Assembly: GCA_038087875.1 (NCBI GenBank)
Contig: CM075989.1
Location: 8,370,001 to 8,434,000 of the forward strand
From: Malacoraja senta
Lineage: Eukaryota
Length of the DNA: 64,000 nt
Direction of reading: 5' to 3'
The position numbers and the translations under genes were made by a program. Below the pieces are notes generated by a model, which saw nothing but the letters and a program-made list of their open reading frames with translations, was not told where the DNA came from and made no database searches. This document shows positions 25,401-39,035 of the stretch, one piece after another; the stretch's first letter is position 1; each line of letters opens with the position of its first letter.

Positions 25401-27266
25401 TTGCAAGCGCAGTCTGAACATCCATCTGTTCTGTTAATGAAAACTGAATAGTTCTCCCAAGAACATGCTGAATGTGCAACTCACAATTTGGATTGAAATC
25501 CATTCGAAACCTTTGAATAACACTCTGTATAAACAGAGCTAAGGTAATTTGCTTCCATTCATCCCAGAAACAGATGTAATGTACCCCAGATTTAAGTTGT
25601 GTCACATTTGATATGTGCACCTGAGAACCAGGCCCACCTACCTCCTTGGTACCTGGTGGATGACGTTGTCCCCGGCTCCTTGGTGGGAAAGCCAATGTTT
25701 GACCATGTTCCCGCTTAGTTTGTCGGTGTACTTTCTTTTTGGAAACTTGCCGACTGTGGGTGGCTTGGACAAGCCCACCGTCTTTGCCTCGTCATCCATA
25801 TCCTTGACACACTTGGCGAGGTCCTCTCCGAAGAGTAGGTTGGCCGGCTGTATGTTGCTAGGCTGGAAAAATACTGCAATCTTGGAATTAATGGTGGGCC
25901 GAATGGTACTTTCCCTGAGACAATTTATCTAAAAAATGGGTGCTACAAAGCAACCCTAGTACCTCTTGCTGCATCTTCGACACATGCCCTCCATCCACCG
26001 TTCTCGCGAACGCCGTGATTCCTGAGGCAAGTCATTTCAGGATTCTCTGCAGCTTCATCTCCTGGGCACTGCACGCCCACGCCCATCTGGCTCCATATCA
26101 CCCGGTTCACTGCTGGCACCTTCTGCAACTCGCAGTTACCCCGTCTCTTGGTAATTCCAGACTTCGACAGGACAGCGAATCGTACTGCCAGAGAATGGAC
26201 CTCTGACAACGGCCGTTCTTCGCTATTCAACAAAGTCTCCGTTAGAGTCGGGTCAGAACTGAGCTGACCCTATCGTGGAGGCCAGCTCTTCTCCCAGTGG
26301 CACTCCATACTCTGACTGGACAGCGAATCGTGCTGCCAGAGAATGGACCTCTGACAACGGCCGTTCTTCGCTAATTTCCAAGTCTCCGTCAGAGTCGGGG
26401 TCAGAACTTAGCTGACCCTCTGCACTCACCTCATGCATGAGGGTGCTTTAAGCAGCCCTCTACCAGGTGCTGCCGGCGTGGCCTTTCTGCAGCCTACCGC
26501 CCACACGACTCCTCCCCGGAGTGTGCGTTTCTGGAGCAACCTCTGGATGAGGTGCTCCATTTGGGAGAACCGTTTAAAAACGTCTCCAGCCCCGTACAGG
26601 CTCGTTGTGGCCCGACTCAGTTGAGTCCTAGGGCCTCCCAGACTTCCCCGTGCCTTACACCCGACTGGCGTTGGCTTTGGTGCTTTTTAGCAGTCAGTCT
26701 GAAGTCGCCCCGCTCCCGGTCGGCGTTGGCTTTGGTACTTTTTAGCACTCAGTCTGAAGTCGCCCCGCTCCCGGTCGGCGACTGTGCAGGGGTACGAGGC
26801 AGCCGCTGACAGACCGCATTCCCGCGGCTCTCCTATGCTTTACCTGCGGCTGCCCTCCCCCTGCTCGTCTTCATCATGGTGCCTGTAATAAAAAACACAG
26901 AGCACCACAAAAAAGAAACGTTTCCCTCCAGCTAAATTTCCCACTTAGCTGGAGCTTTAAAACTATAAAAGTACTTTAAAAGTACTTGCTACAGGAGGAG
27001 CTCTGTCCTCCCCTGCTCGTCTTCACCATGGTGCTGCCTGTGACAAAACACAGAGCACAGCACCACAGTAAAGGAAACGTTTTTACTCCAGCTAAGTTTC
27101 TCACTTAGCTGGAGCTATAAAACTCTTTAAAATTACTCTAAAAGTACTTACCACGGGAGGAGCTCTGTCCTCCCACTGTCCGTGCGCCAATGCGACCGAC
27201 GTAATGACGCGCATGCGCCCTGACGGGTCTTCTTCACGTAGTCACTAACGTGACTCCGAAGTAAAA
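22468..27266 (-). mobile_element. DIRS1 tyrosine-recombinase retrotransposon, structurally complete but with decayed ORFs
   Basis: ITRs at 27204-27266 and 22468-22578; ICR at 22697-22808. Remnants of gag (~25700-26900), RT (FVSNIF, AYLDDIL), RNase H (LQWW, GWG, RW), methyltransferase-like (ASRFNHQ, FP.F, IPNWPNQAWFP ~24110-24340) and tyrosine recombinase (GLSYSSINTALSALS; STSAAATS...AGWS). Confidence 0.92.
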
Positions 27267-27279
27267 TTCAATCTGGCAA

Positions 27280-27400
27280 CAATTAACTATAGGTTGGTGA
27301 GACTTCTATCAATGGTAGGGAAATTATTGGAGAACTTTTTAAGGGAGAGGATTTATGTACATTTATAAAGCAAGGTGTTGATCATGGAATATCAGCTTGT
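27280..27400 (+). mobile_element. CR1 RT fragment
   Basis: NYR.V.L.S.VGKLLE...RERIY-like translation. Confidence 0.55.
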
Positions 27401-27497
27401 CTTTAGCACCTGTGGCTGAGAGGAGAAAGGGACAATATCTAATTAGAAATTGCACTGTGACTCAAAAGGGTCATTCAAGCAACATTGCTTAGAGGTA

Positions 27498-27785
27498 GTC
27501 AATAGTCAATTTTATTCGTCACATACACCCAAAGGTGCAGTGAAATGAATTTGCCAGCAGCGGTACAATTAAAAAAAAAACCACAAAACACAATTAGATT
27601 TAACGCAAACATCCACCACAGCATTCTACACTGTGGTGGAAGGCACAAAGTTCAGTCAGTCCTCCTTGTTCACCCGTGGTCGGGGCCATAAACCTCCGCA
27701 GTCGCCGCTACGGACGGCCAGATGTACAGGCCCTCTTGTCGGGACAATCGAACACACTCCGCGGCTTGGAGGTCCCGAATTGGCG
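27498..27785 (-). mobile_element. Dispersed LINE 3'-end family (also 32288-32495 and 62846-63250)
   Basis: Three copies share aaacatccaccacagcattc...gtggaaggca...; the first and third also share cggccagatgtacaggccctc. rc ends in aataaa plus a short tandem tail. Confidence 0.6.
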
Positions 27786-27786
27786 C

Positions 27787-28600
27787 AATGTTTAGAAAGG
27801 AACTGCAGATGCTGGTTTAAACCGAAGATAGACACAGAAAGCTGGAGTAACTCAGCGGGACAGACAGAGAGAAGGAAGCAACCGCAGAAGATGCAACACC
27901 TGTCCCTATACCTCCTCCCTCGACTCTGTTCCAGGGACCCCGACAGTCCCTTCGGGTTAGGCAGAGGTTCACTTGCACCTCCTCCAACCTCATCTACTGT
28001 ATCTGTTGTTCAAGATGTGGACTCTTATACATTGGCGAGACCAAACATAGACTGGCCGATCATTTCGCTGAACACCTTCGCTCAGCCTGCCTGAACCTAC
28101 CGGATCTTCCAGATGCTAAATACTTTAATTCTCCTTCCCATTCCCACACAGACCTTTCTGTCCTAGGTCTCCCCAATTGTTAGAGTTAGGCTAAACGCAA
28201 ATCGGAGGAACAGCATCTCGTATTTCGCTTGCGCAGCTTACAGCCCAGTGGTATGAATATTGATTTTGCTCACTTCAGGTAGCCTGGGCATTCCCTCTCT
28301 ATCCCTCTCCCACCTAAGTCGTATTCGCTTCTCGTTTTCACCCAACAAACAGCTAACAATGGCCTATTTCCTTTGTCATCTTTACTTTTTTGCATATCTT
28401 TCATTCATTGTTCTTTATCTCTCCACATCATCATCTATATCTCTCGTTTCCCTTATTGCTAACCAGTCTGAAGAAGGGTCTCGACCTGAAACGTCACCCA
28501 TTCCTTCTCTCCAGAGATGCTGCCTGTCCCGCTGAGTTACTCCAGCTTTCTGTGTTCATCTTCGGTTTAAACCAGCATCTGCAGTTCCTTTCTAAACATT
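27787..28600 (+). mobile_element. Penelope-like fragment with inverted pLTR
   Basis: GIY-YIG remnant 27880-28280; terminal inverted repeat aatgtttagaaaggaactgcagatgctgg / ccagcatctgcagttcctttctaaacatt; hammerhead core at ~28468. Confidence 0.85.
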
Positions 28601-28679
28601 GGTTGGAGGTCCAATTTTTGTAAGTGCACCCAATAACAAAATTCTGAGGTGCACTTGAAGATTATGGCGAGAGAACTGG

Positions 28680-28975
28680 GAGAAGCTGGTGAGGTAGGGT
28701 GGTTGAACGGGGATTGGAGTAACAGATAGAGAAAGGATAGGGATATGGATTGAGAGGATAGGGATTGGAGAGAATTGGAGATGAGCTAAAGAATTGGGGT
28801 GAGAGTAGATAGAAGAATCAGGAGTGAGTGCAGAGAAGAATTAGAATGAGAGAGAGAGTGTTGAGGTGGGGTAGAGAAGATTGAAATAGAAATGAGTGAA
28901 ATATTTGTGTGGGGGTAAAGAGAGGATCAGTAGGGCAGATAAATAGTGGGAGAGACGTTCAGGTAAGGTGGAGAG
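28680..28975. repeat. Degenerate purine-rich tandem repeat
   Basis: Recurrent agagaggattggag-like units. Confidence 0.5.
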
Positions 28976-29788
28976 CATGCAGTCTTTTGATGCAACAATG
29001 AGTTCACAATTTCAGATCATAATTACTACTTATATTGATTCTACTGCTGCCTTTAATACCTAATGTAGACAGATCTTTGCTCACTCTTGTTCCATTACTT
29101 CACCATTCTGCCTTGCAATATTAACCTTCAATTCTTAGTGTCCTATTTAATGCACAAAACTGTAACACATTTGACACTATATACTCTGAAAAATTGTAAA
29201 GTAACCACGGGGTTTTACTATGAAACGATGGCTAAGAGTCATTTTGTTGCAGAGTGGAGGAAATTTTATTGAAAAGGTCAAATTCGAAACTAATTATTCA
29301 CACCAGTCTCATGACATTTTCTATCCTTTGGTTTTTTTTTAAAATTATATTTCTTGCTTAAAAGCAATATTAAAAAAATCATTTAAATGTAAATTGTGGA
29401 TAACACTGTTATCATCATGGTGACTGGCTGACAATAATGTCCTGAGGCATTGGCTTTGGATTAACATGCACACGATTGAAATGACAATATCGCTGAAGCA
29501 TCCTGCTTTAATGATTATGCCCACTAACGGTAATTCACTCCCCCATGTTATTGCGTTCAAAGAGGTCCTGTTTGCTTTGCACCTTCCCCCACTGAGTTCA
29601 CCTATTGTGCATGATTTTAACAAAATTATACTTTTACTTTTCTGTAAAATAGTATAAACTAAAATATCCACTCAAAAATAATCTCTAAAAGGTGCTGAAG
29701 CAAATGATCATTTTTAAGGGGGTTGGAATTGCTTCGAACGTTAATCATCATATCCGAAGGAGACAGAACAAGTGTAGGAAATAACATG

Positions 29789-30028
29789 TTGTTTAAGAAG
29801 GAACTGCAGATGCTGGAAAATCGAAGGTACACAAAAATGCTGGAGAAACTCAGCGGGTGCAGCAGCATCTATGGAGCGAAGGAAATAGGCAACGTTTCGG
29901 GCCGAAACCCTTCTTCAAGAACAACCCCCATCAGTCTGAAGAAGGGTTTCAGCCCGAAACGTTGCCTATTTCCTTCGCTCCATAGGTGCTGCTGCACCCG
30001 CTGAGTTTCTCCAGCATTTTTGTGTATC
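29789..30028. mobile_element. Young palindromic Penelope pLTR mini-element
   Basis: ~90-bp near-perfect inverted arms; 15-bp TSD gtaggaaataacatg (29774-29788, 30029-30043). Confidence 0.9.
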
Positions 30029-32061
30029 GTAGGAAATAACATGATGTACAGCATCAAGGATTTGGCATCTTTTATTTCCATTTAATATCTCAGCAATCCA
30101 GAGGGCATTGTTTATGTCAGAGTATTTTTCCTCATGTGCTGATAGTCCCAGGTACTTCACTCAAATGGCAATTTGTCATCTAGAGAGTGAGTAGGAGAAG
30201 TTACTTCTCCTTTGGGTGTCAGTAAGGGTGTCAGGGGTTATGGGGAGAACACAGGAGGATGAGGTTGAGAGGAAAAGATAGATCAACCATGAATGAATGG
30301 TGGAGTAGACATGATTGGGCGAATGGCCTAATTCTGCTCCGAGAACATTGTGGAGGATGGAGAGTAATATCACAAATGAATCATATCCTAATCTCACCCA
30401 GGCGTGCATTTTCCCTCATGGAATCTGGAAAATGATCCAGATGCACCCATCAACCACACTTCCTTTTTCACCATTGCATGCCCCTCCCAATATCCTGAGG
30501 CCATTTGTAGTGCCAAACATATAACTCTGGCTGATCTCACCACATTCAATCTTGAAGTGGGAAGACTAAATGCTAAATGTGATGAAAACTTACATGCAGC
30601 TGTATTCAAAATGGAATATTGGAGAAGTGTTAGAAAGCACACCAAATTCAAATCGATATATTAAAAACATCCATACTTCATTTCATTTTCTCCTGCCACC
30701 TCCCCAACACTTTTTTTTCCACAATGTTATTTTGTTGATATTGAAGAGAATTTTATGTAGTGGCCTGCAAAGCAAATTGTTCTTTTATCTGCATTTGCCA
30801 AATGACTCACAATAAATGGATCTTCATAATAACACAATCATTAGACACACTTGCATGACAGATAGCCACAACTTAACCATCATAACCTCCTTTTAAAGGC
30901 CCTTAGGCTGCAAGGGAAAAGCAAGTAATAAATATTCAATGGGGGAAGAACTGATTTTATCCCATTTTCTTATTGCATAGATCATTCACAGTGGAGTCAG
31001 GAAGTGATCCTAATGTTCAATGTGAGGTTTGTATGCTGTCAGGAAAATGATAAATGATTCAGAGAGGGAGAATGCAAAATCCAGTGGATTGGTTTGAAGT
31101 CCATCAGGTTGCTGGTAATTTGTATTCAGGACGGGTTTCTAATTGTCACATTGTGATGTGTTGCAGTGCCAGGCTTTAACTTATTAGGTCCTGTATCTGT
31201 TATTAACCTCTCTGTCATGCTTGAAGCCACTGAAATGAAGAAAACAAAGAATCTGATGGAATCATTTTAGTGTTATGCTGGGAGCAACAGCCCTATGGAC
31301 AGCACATAGATTTCTACCTTGTTCCACACTATTGTTTCTGCTTTGAACAAAACTGATATAGTAGCATGACTTTTATTTTAAAATCCTGAATGTTTGATAC
31401 ATTATTCTATTTTAATCCTGCGTAGCACAATTTTTATTTTCCCCCATTTTGATTCTTTAAATAGCTCATAACAACATGGGCCTAGGAATTCAATTGCAAA
31501 GAATATTTTGAGGACAATTTGCAATGAAAAATTGATTTGACCTGCAGTGATACGAGATAGCAGCCATTTCTTGGTAATTTCACATCACTGGAAATGTAAG
31601 CAGTCATTCCTGGATAACAATAATTTACTAATAGAGCACTTGATTAGGAACCCAATAAGTCCCTTACTTACCTTTAATCCTTCTGGCTGTTCCCTTCCTC
31701 TCTCTTCATTTTCCTTACTTTTGCCAAGTCCAGGCTTCAATCATCTCTACCGTCAATAAATGTTACTGATGCTATGATGCTATGAAAACTTCAAGGTCTC
31801 TCCCCTGCTAGACCAAGATCGTAGGATCGCTTGAGGTTATGACACCTCCTGTACCAAACTCTCTCCCCTTACCATGTATTGGCTCAAGCAATAACAAAGG
31901 CTTTGATCAAACTCCCATACATTTCCACCCACTTCCACCTGGCCACCTACCCAAAGACTGGCCCAGCACTTGCATTTCAATCCTTAGAATAGATTTTCCT
32001 CCTGGTCTCTGATCCCAGCTCCTCTAGCCCGCAACCAGGAAATGCTCCATCTGGGTGCAGT

Positions 32062-32770
32062 AGATTCAGAGTTATACAGCATGGAAACAGGCCCTTTAGC
32101 AAAATCTTGCCCATGCCGACCAAGATGCCCCATCTACACTAGCCCCACCTGCCTGTGTCTGGCCCATATCCCTCTAAACCTTTCCTACCCAGGCACCTAT
32201 CCAAATGTCTTTTAAATGCTGTTATTGTACCTGCATCAACTACTTCCTCTGGCAGCTTGTTCCATATATCCACCACCCTCAGTGTGAAGTCAAAGTAAAA
32301 TTTATTCGTCACATGCGCCAACTATGGTACAATTAAATGAATTTGCCACGCAGCGATACAGTTGAAAAAAAGAACACACAATACACAATAGAATTTAACA
32401 CAAACATCCACCACAGCATTCTTCACTGTGGTGGAAGGCAACAAAGTTCAGTCAGTCCTCCTCCTTTTGTTCATCCATGGTCGGGGCCATAAACCCTCAA
32501 AGATTTGTACCTCAGGTTCCTATTAAATCGTTTCCCTTTCACCTTTAACCAATATCCTCCAGTTCTTGATTGCCCTACTCTGGGTAAAAGGCACTGTGCA
32601 TTCAGTCTATCTATTCCCTCATGATTTTATACACCTCTATAAGAGCACCCCTCATCCTCCTGCACTCCAAGGAATAACGTCCTAGCCCGCCCAACCTTTC
32701 CCTATAGCTCAGGCCCTCAAGTCCTGGCAACATCCTCGGAAACCTTTTATGCACTTTCCAGCTTAGAATT
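32062..32770 (-). mobile_element. CR1 LINE 3' fragment interrupted by another LINE tail (32288-32495)
   Basis: ORFs 32611-32793 (RMLPGLEGLSYRERL) and 32139-32321 (RVVDIWNKLPEEVV...FKRHLD). Confidence 0.85.
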
Positions 32771-33494
32771 TCTCGACCATAGAATAGATTCATACAACTT
32801 CCTCAGTCCATTTGGCGTATTTTGCCTGAATCAGCATGTTTTAAAATGTACACTCTGCTTCTTGCACTTAGCCCTACATTTATTTTCCTTGTATCTGAAA
32901 AATGTGCTTTTTGCAAATTATGATTGAATATTACCATCACATTTATGGCAGTGTATTCCAAATCATAATAAGATGCTGAGTAAAATAATTTATTCTCCCA
33001 CTCTTTATTTTAAATCTCTGTCCTCTATAAATGACCCTCATAATTCTCACCCTACAATCAAACACCAGCTCCAGTTCCACAGATGCTGGCACTTCTCAGA
33101 TGACCATCCTTCACGTATGAACAAAGACAGCAGGCTTTCTGCCCACGGGAGGCATTGGACAGGTCCTTACCTCATCAGCTATGGAAACACATACCAATTT
33201 GTATTTCTCTTCCTGAGGCAGTTATAGAATCTTTATTGGCATGCAGGAAAGCCAACACTTCACTGGTAGGCACAATCTAGAGGAAATTAGTCCTTCTGAC
33301 ATTTTGTCCATTACAGAAGTTTAACATTACATTTTACAACAAGATGGATGCCCTAGATGCTGTAAAGAAATAATGTTATTCTTTGTGACTAAATGTTATG
33401 TTTAGTGTCATCACCACCAGATGACCTTTATCTGCTCTATTCATAGATCGCTGACTTTGCTGATACTTGCTTTGTTACTGTCATTCCTCAGGTA

Positions 33495-34100
33495 GTCGGG
33501 TCAAGTCGTGTTTATTGTCATATGTACAAGTACCGTGAGGTAAAGGTACAACACAAAGCTTGCTTGCAACAGCATCACATGCACATGGAGTCAGACAAAC
33601 AGACAGAACGTAATATTGCACATAAAGTGCACAACACAGTGAAAAGAAAATGACTGCAAAAGAAGACATTAGTGCAAAAACACAATTAAAAGCAAGTCCA
33701 CGTTAGTGCCTGTCTGAAGAAGGGTTTCGGCCCGAAACGTTGCCTATTTCCTTCGCTCCATAGATGCTGCTGCACCCGCTGAATTTCTCCAGCATTTTTG
33801 TGTACCTTCGATTTTCCAGCATCTGCAGTTCCTTCTTTAACACAGGTGGTCCATAGTGTTCTATTGCTCAGATTGGATTAGGGTTGTGCAGATAGTTTCA
33901 AGAATCTGATAGATATAGGAAAATAGCTGTTCCTGAATTTAGTGCACTTAAAGTTCCTGTACCGCCTGCCTGACGGTAGCAGAGAGAACAGGGCAGGAGG
34001 TACAGATCCAGATGTGGAGATCCTTGATGATAGTTGCCATCTTCTTGAGGCAGCCTTGTCTAGATGCATTTGGTGGTGTTGAGTATTTGGTGAATGCCGA
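33495..34100 (-). mobile_element. Rex1/Babar 3' fragment with inserted Penelope pLTR (33711-33843)
   Basis: LFSLLPSGRRYR...FRNSYFP.SIR.L motif (ORF 33878-34189); hammerhead core at 33714-33741. Confidence 0.75.
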
Positions 34101-34439
34101 ATCTCTTGCAACTTCTTGGACAGTAGAGGCACGGGTGTACCTAATTCATGATTCTTGAGGCGCAAGTTCAAGTTTAAGCTCATAGTCATGCCTACTATGT
34201 TCTGTTGTGCTGAAGCAAAGCAGGAATTTCATTGTCCTATCAGGGACACATGACAATAAACTCTCTTGAATCTTGAAGTTACATTTATTATCACACGCAC
34301 CAATTGGTACAGTGAGATTTGAGTTACCATACAGCCATACGAGGCTGATCATATTTTCACGAGTCCACCTGACATGGTTGACTTGCAGCACTGATGTTGA
34401 CCCTGTATTCCTATTGTACTTGAGCGTCAACCTCATGAT

Positions 34440-34880
34440 TAGAAGCACAGAAAAACTGGAAGAGGAGTGGGCCATTTAAACCATTCAATTTGATAATGGC
34501 TGTTCCTCTATCTCTGTACAATATTCCTCCCCCTCCCCCTACCCCACATGTCAAAGTTCATTTTATATCCAATATCCTTGTATCTTCTTTAAATTTGTAG
34601 TACTAGCAATCCACAGCCTTCCATAGAAGATAATCACATTCTCTGTAAGAAGGAATTTCTTATCTCAGTCCTAAATCCCGAGATTGTCACCTCTTGCTCT
34701 GGACTGCTAGGGAAAACATCCTCCCTACATTCACCCCATCAAATCCTGTCAGCAATTTGTGTGCTTCAATGTAGTCTCCTCTCATTCTTCTAAATTCTGG
34801 TGAACATAGACCTAATTGACCCACCGCTCCTTATTCCGTTCACAGCATCCCTGGAATTAGTTCCTGATTGTCTGCAAAGG
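34440..34880 (-). mobile_element. Old CR1 3' fragment
   Basis: Degenerate match to younger CR1 copies in the window. Confidence 0.55.
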
Positions 34881-36074
34881 CCATCCCCACATTGATCATT
34901 AACACTATTTTTCTGCACTGTAATCTTATCATGTAGGCCTGCGCTACATTGCTTCAAAGGAAACCATTTTGTTTTAGAGAAGCCAGCCTTGGCTAGGTTC
35001 ATATGTGTGCAGTTGTGGATTGTAAACCACCCTTTAATTGTCACCAATTTCCCGTCAGCTTCAGATTCGACAGTCTTGTTTTCATTTTAAAAATCAGCCT
35101 TATTTATAAATATGGAATACAATATAATCAATATATGTTTTTCTCCACATTCATTGTATCATCAAATCAATATATTCTTTGTGCTATCAAACCAATACAT
35201 TCTGTTTACAATACAATTCTAACTCATATTTCCTCTGATAAGCAGTCTTCTTTATGTAACAGAGAACAGCCTGGTACAAAATCATTGTTTGGTATTTTTC
35301 TATAGCTTTGCTCTGTGCGTCAGAGTTTCTTTTCCCTTTTAAGTGGGTGCGACCAGAGAGATAATCCAACAGATTGTTGAAATTTGCTGATCTATGCAAC
35401 ATGCTGTTGTTGCCTTTTGCCTGATGAAAGGTGGCTGTCCTGTAATTATTATTTATTTTGTTAGTATGTTCTTCAGTCTGCCCCAGGCATTTGATATGGC
35501 TTCTGAGAACTGTGATGAGATGACATTCCCAGAGGTGCTGCCATGTACTGTTACTCTTGACTCCACCTCATTAAAATAATCTAGATTTGGACTGCAGGCT
35601 TGCACTATCCTGCTTTTATGCACTCACCATTGTATTTATTATTCCATTTATCCATACTTTATCTATATTGTTTATTCTGTGAGCTTCATGAGAACAAGGA
35701 ATTTAATTGCACAATATCGATATGTATGTGACAATATCCTAATCTAATACAATGTCCACTGAAAGGTGTGCAGATGTATCCTAGATGCTCAGCATGTGAT
35801 ATTTTCCCAGCTCCCTGCATATTATTGACCAGGCCCTGCCAGGGATTATCCCATAATACATGTCCCAAAACCCAGAATAAGTCACAGACATGAACCCTGT
35901 GCCCTTCCATTCTAGGAAAGATTTTTTTTTGGGTACAAAATGTGTGTTTTTTTGGGGAATGTATTAACATAAACAGTCTGTTTCTTCTATCTTCAGAGAA
36001 AATGCCAGCTGTGACTCAGTGGTCACACTCTCACCTCTGAGTCAGATCCCTCTCCAGAGATTTGGGCAAATAAA

Positions 36075-37140
36075 ATGTGTAGGAAAGAACTGCAGATGCT
36101 GGTTTAAATCAAAGATAGACACAGAATGCTGGAGTAACTCAGCGGGACAGGCAGCATCTCTGGAGAGAAGGAATGGGACATCATCGGAGATGTCCTCATT
36201 CTTTAGGGAACCCCCCCATTATAGATGAGCCTCTTCCATTTTGGATGAGGCTCTCACTAGGGTCTCCGCGATATCCTGGAGCTCTGCTCCAGCTCCCCCT
36301 CCCCCCCATTCATAACAAGGACATAGTCCCCCTTGTCCTCACCTTCCACCCCATCAGCCGTCACATACAGCACATAATCATCTTTGCCACCTCCATCGGG
36401 ATCCCACAACTAGCCACATCTTCCTATCTCCACCCCTTTCTGTTTTCCACAGAGACCGTTCCCTCCACAACTCCCTGGTTAACTCGTCCCTTCCCACCCA
36501 AACCACCTCCTCCTCAGGTACTTTCCCCTGCAACAGCAGGAGATGCAACACCTGTCCCTTTACCTCCGCCCTCGACTCCGTCAAAGGATCCCGACAGTCT
36601 TTTCAGGTGAGGCAGAGGTTTGCTTGCATCTCCTCCAACCTCATCTACTGTATCCACTGTTCCAGGTGTGGACTCCTGTATGTTGGCGCAACCAAGCGCA
36701 GGCTCGGCCGTTGTTTTGCTGAACACCTCCGCTCATGCCACCTAAACTGACCTGATTTTCCGGTTGCTCAACACTTTAACTCCCCCTCCCATTCCCACAC
36801 TGACCTTTCTGTCCTGGGCCTCCTCTATTGTCAGAGCGAAGCCCAGCGCAAATTGAGGGAAGAGCACCTCATACAGTATTTAGCTTGGGTAGCTTATACC
36901 CCAGTAGTATGAACATTGACTTCTCTAACTTCAAGTAGCTCTTGCTTTCCCTCTCTCTCCATCCCCTCCCCCTTCCCAGTTCTCCCACCGGTCTTACTGC
37001 CTCCGACTACAGTTTATCTCTGTACCGCCCACTCCCCCGACATCAGTCTGAAGAAGGGTCTCGACCCAAAATGTCACCCATTCCTTCTCTCCAGAGATAT
37101 TGCCTGTCCAGCTGAATTACTCCAGCATTCTGTGTCTAAC
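36075..37140 (+). mobile_element. Penelope-like fragment with inverted pLTR
   Basis: NKDIVPLVLTFHP linker, Cys motif and GIY-YIG remnant, pLTR; flanking duplication ttggg(c/a)aaataa. Confidence 0.85.
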
Positions 37141-38225
37141 TTGGGAAAATAATCTTAGGTGATAATTCAGAGCAAGGAGCACTGATAAAGCACTTGACTG
37201 TTAATGATATAATTTTTGTGAAGACACCCACCAACTTTTCATTTCATCATAAAAGACCCTCTAAAGAAATGTATGAGAATTTCACCAAGGCATAGAAAGC
37301 TGAAAACCAAGTACTAATAAATGGCATTAGTATAGATGGGTACTTGAAGGTGGGTTCGACATGGTGGGCTCGAAATTCTGTTTCTGGGCTGTATGATTCC
37401 TTGACCCTCGGATATCAAGCTAATATTTCATCTTCAACTATCTCTCCTGCATTACAACATCTGGCGACATTGCATTGATAATTGTGAGATCTTACGCAGC
37501 ATAAATTAACTTTCATGTTTGCCTACATAATAACAGTAACGACACATTAAAAATAGTTCATTGACTGTGCTTTGGGATATACAGAATTTTTGTAATAAAT
37601 CCCTACTGAATTTTCATTGCATTTTTGCGATAAATGAATTAATTTTTATATTGCATTTTTAAACAATGACAGATTTACTTATTTACTTATTTTTTATATG
37701 TTTCACCACATCAGACCTGAGATGGGCATGCAATAGTGTTGTGGTTCAGTAACTGGACCAGCATCCTGAACATTGACCCAGTTATGAATTTGAACCCCAC
37801 CATAGCCAATGGAGAAAGTAAATTCAAATTATTAAATGTTTGGATTATCTTCAAAGTCATGAAATTACTGTGCAGCTATGCTGCTCATCATATCCACCAA
37901 GGTTCTCCAGGGAAGGAATTTGCCATCCATGCGCCTAATAAGTTCATGTCATAGGAACAGAATGTGGCTATTAGGCCCGTCGAGTCGACTCAGGAAATTC
38001 AATTATAGCTGATCATAATAACTGATATGTGAACACAGACCTACCAATGTCTTAGACCAAGACCAACCACTCTTAGCATTTCCTTCACTTTGTGTAATTA
38101 GACAAAGACAATAACGACTGACATTGCAAATAGCATCCACATCACATGAACTGATAAAATAATAATAAAGCAAACTCCACATAATAGAGGCCTGGAAGAT
38201 ACCAGTTTTGATCCTTGTTAACATA

Positions 38226-38800
38226 AAACATAGAAACATAGAAAATAGGTGCAGGAGGAGGCCATTCGGCCCTTCGAGCCAGCACCGCCATTCATTGTGA
38301 TCATGGCTGATCGTCCCCTATCAATAACCCGTGCCTGCCTTCTCCCCATATCCCTTGACTCCACTAGCCCCTCGAGCTCTATCTAACTCTCTCTTAAATC
38401 CATCCAGTGACTTGGCCTCCACTGCCCTCTGTGGCAGGGAATTCCATAAATCCACAACTCTCTGGGTGAAAACGTTTTTTCTCACCTCAGTCTTAAATGA
38501 CCTCCCCTTTATTCTAAGACTGTGGCCCCTGGTTCTGGACTCGCCCAACATTGGGAAAAAATTTCCTGCATCTAGCTTGTCCAGTCCTTTTATAATTTTA
38601 TATGTTTCTATGTTTTATATGTTTCTATAAGATTCCCCCTCATCCTTCTAAACTCCAGTCTTGTCTTTTCAATCTTTCCTCATATGACAGTTCCACCATC
38701 CCAGGGATCAATCTCGTGAACCTACGCTGCACTGCCTCAATCACAAGGATGTCCTTCCTCAAATTAGGAGACCAAAATTGTACACAATACTCCAGATGTG
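38226..38800 (-). mobile_element. CR1 LINE 3' fragment
   Basis: [11 protein letters not shown]...[11 protein letters not shown] and RTRGHSLR...RVVDLWNSLP; (ctatgttt)n tail. Confidence 0.9.
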
Positions 38801-38824
38801 TTCTGTAATAATTTAACACACCAG

Positions 38825-39035
38825 TTTGTACGTTATCCCCGTGACCACCTGGGTTCTCTCTGGGTGCTCCGGTTACTTCCAACACTCAAAAGATGTACAG
38901 GATTGTAGGTTAATTGGCTTTGGTAAAAATTGTACATTGTCCCTATTGTGCAGGATAATGTTAGTGATCGCTGGTCGACATGGACTTGGTGAGCCAAAGG
39001 GCCTGTTTCGACGCAGCGTCTGTAAACTAAACTAA
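38825..39035 (+). mobile_element. 5'-truncated HE1-like SINE
   Basis: SINE body with (ctaaa)n tail. Confidence 0.7.
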
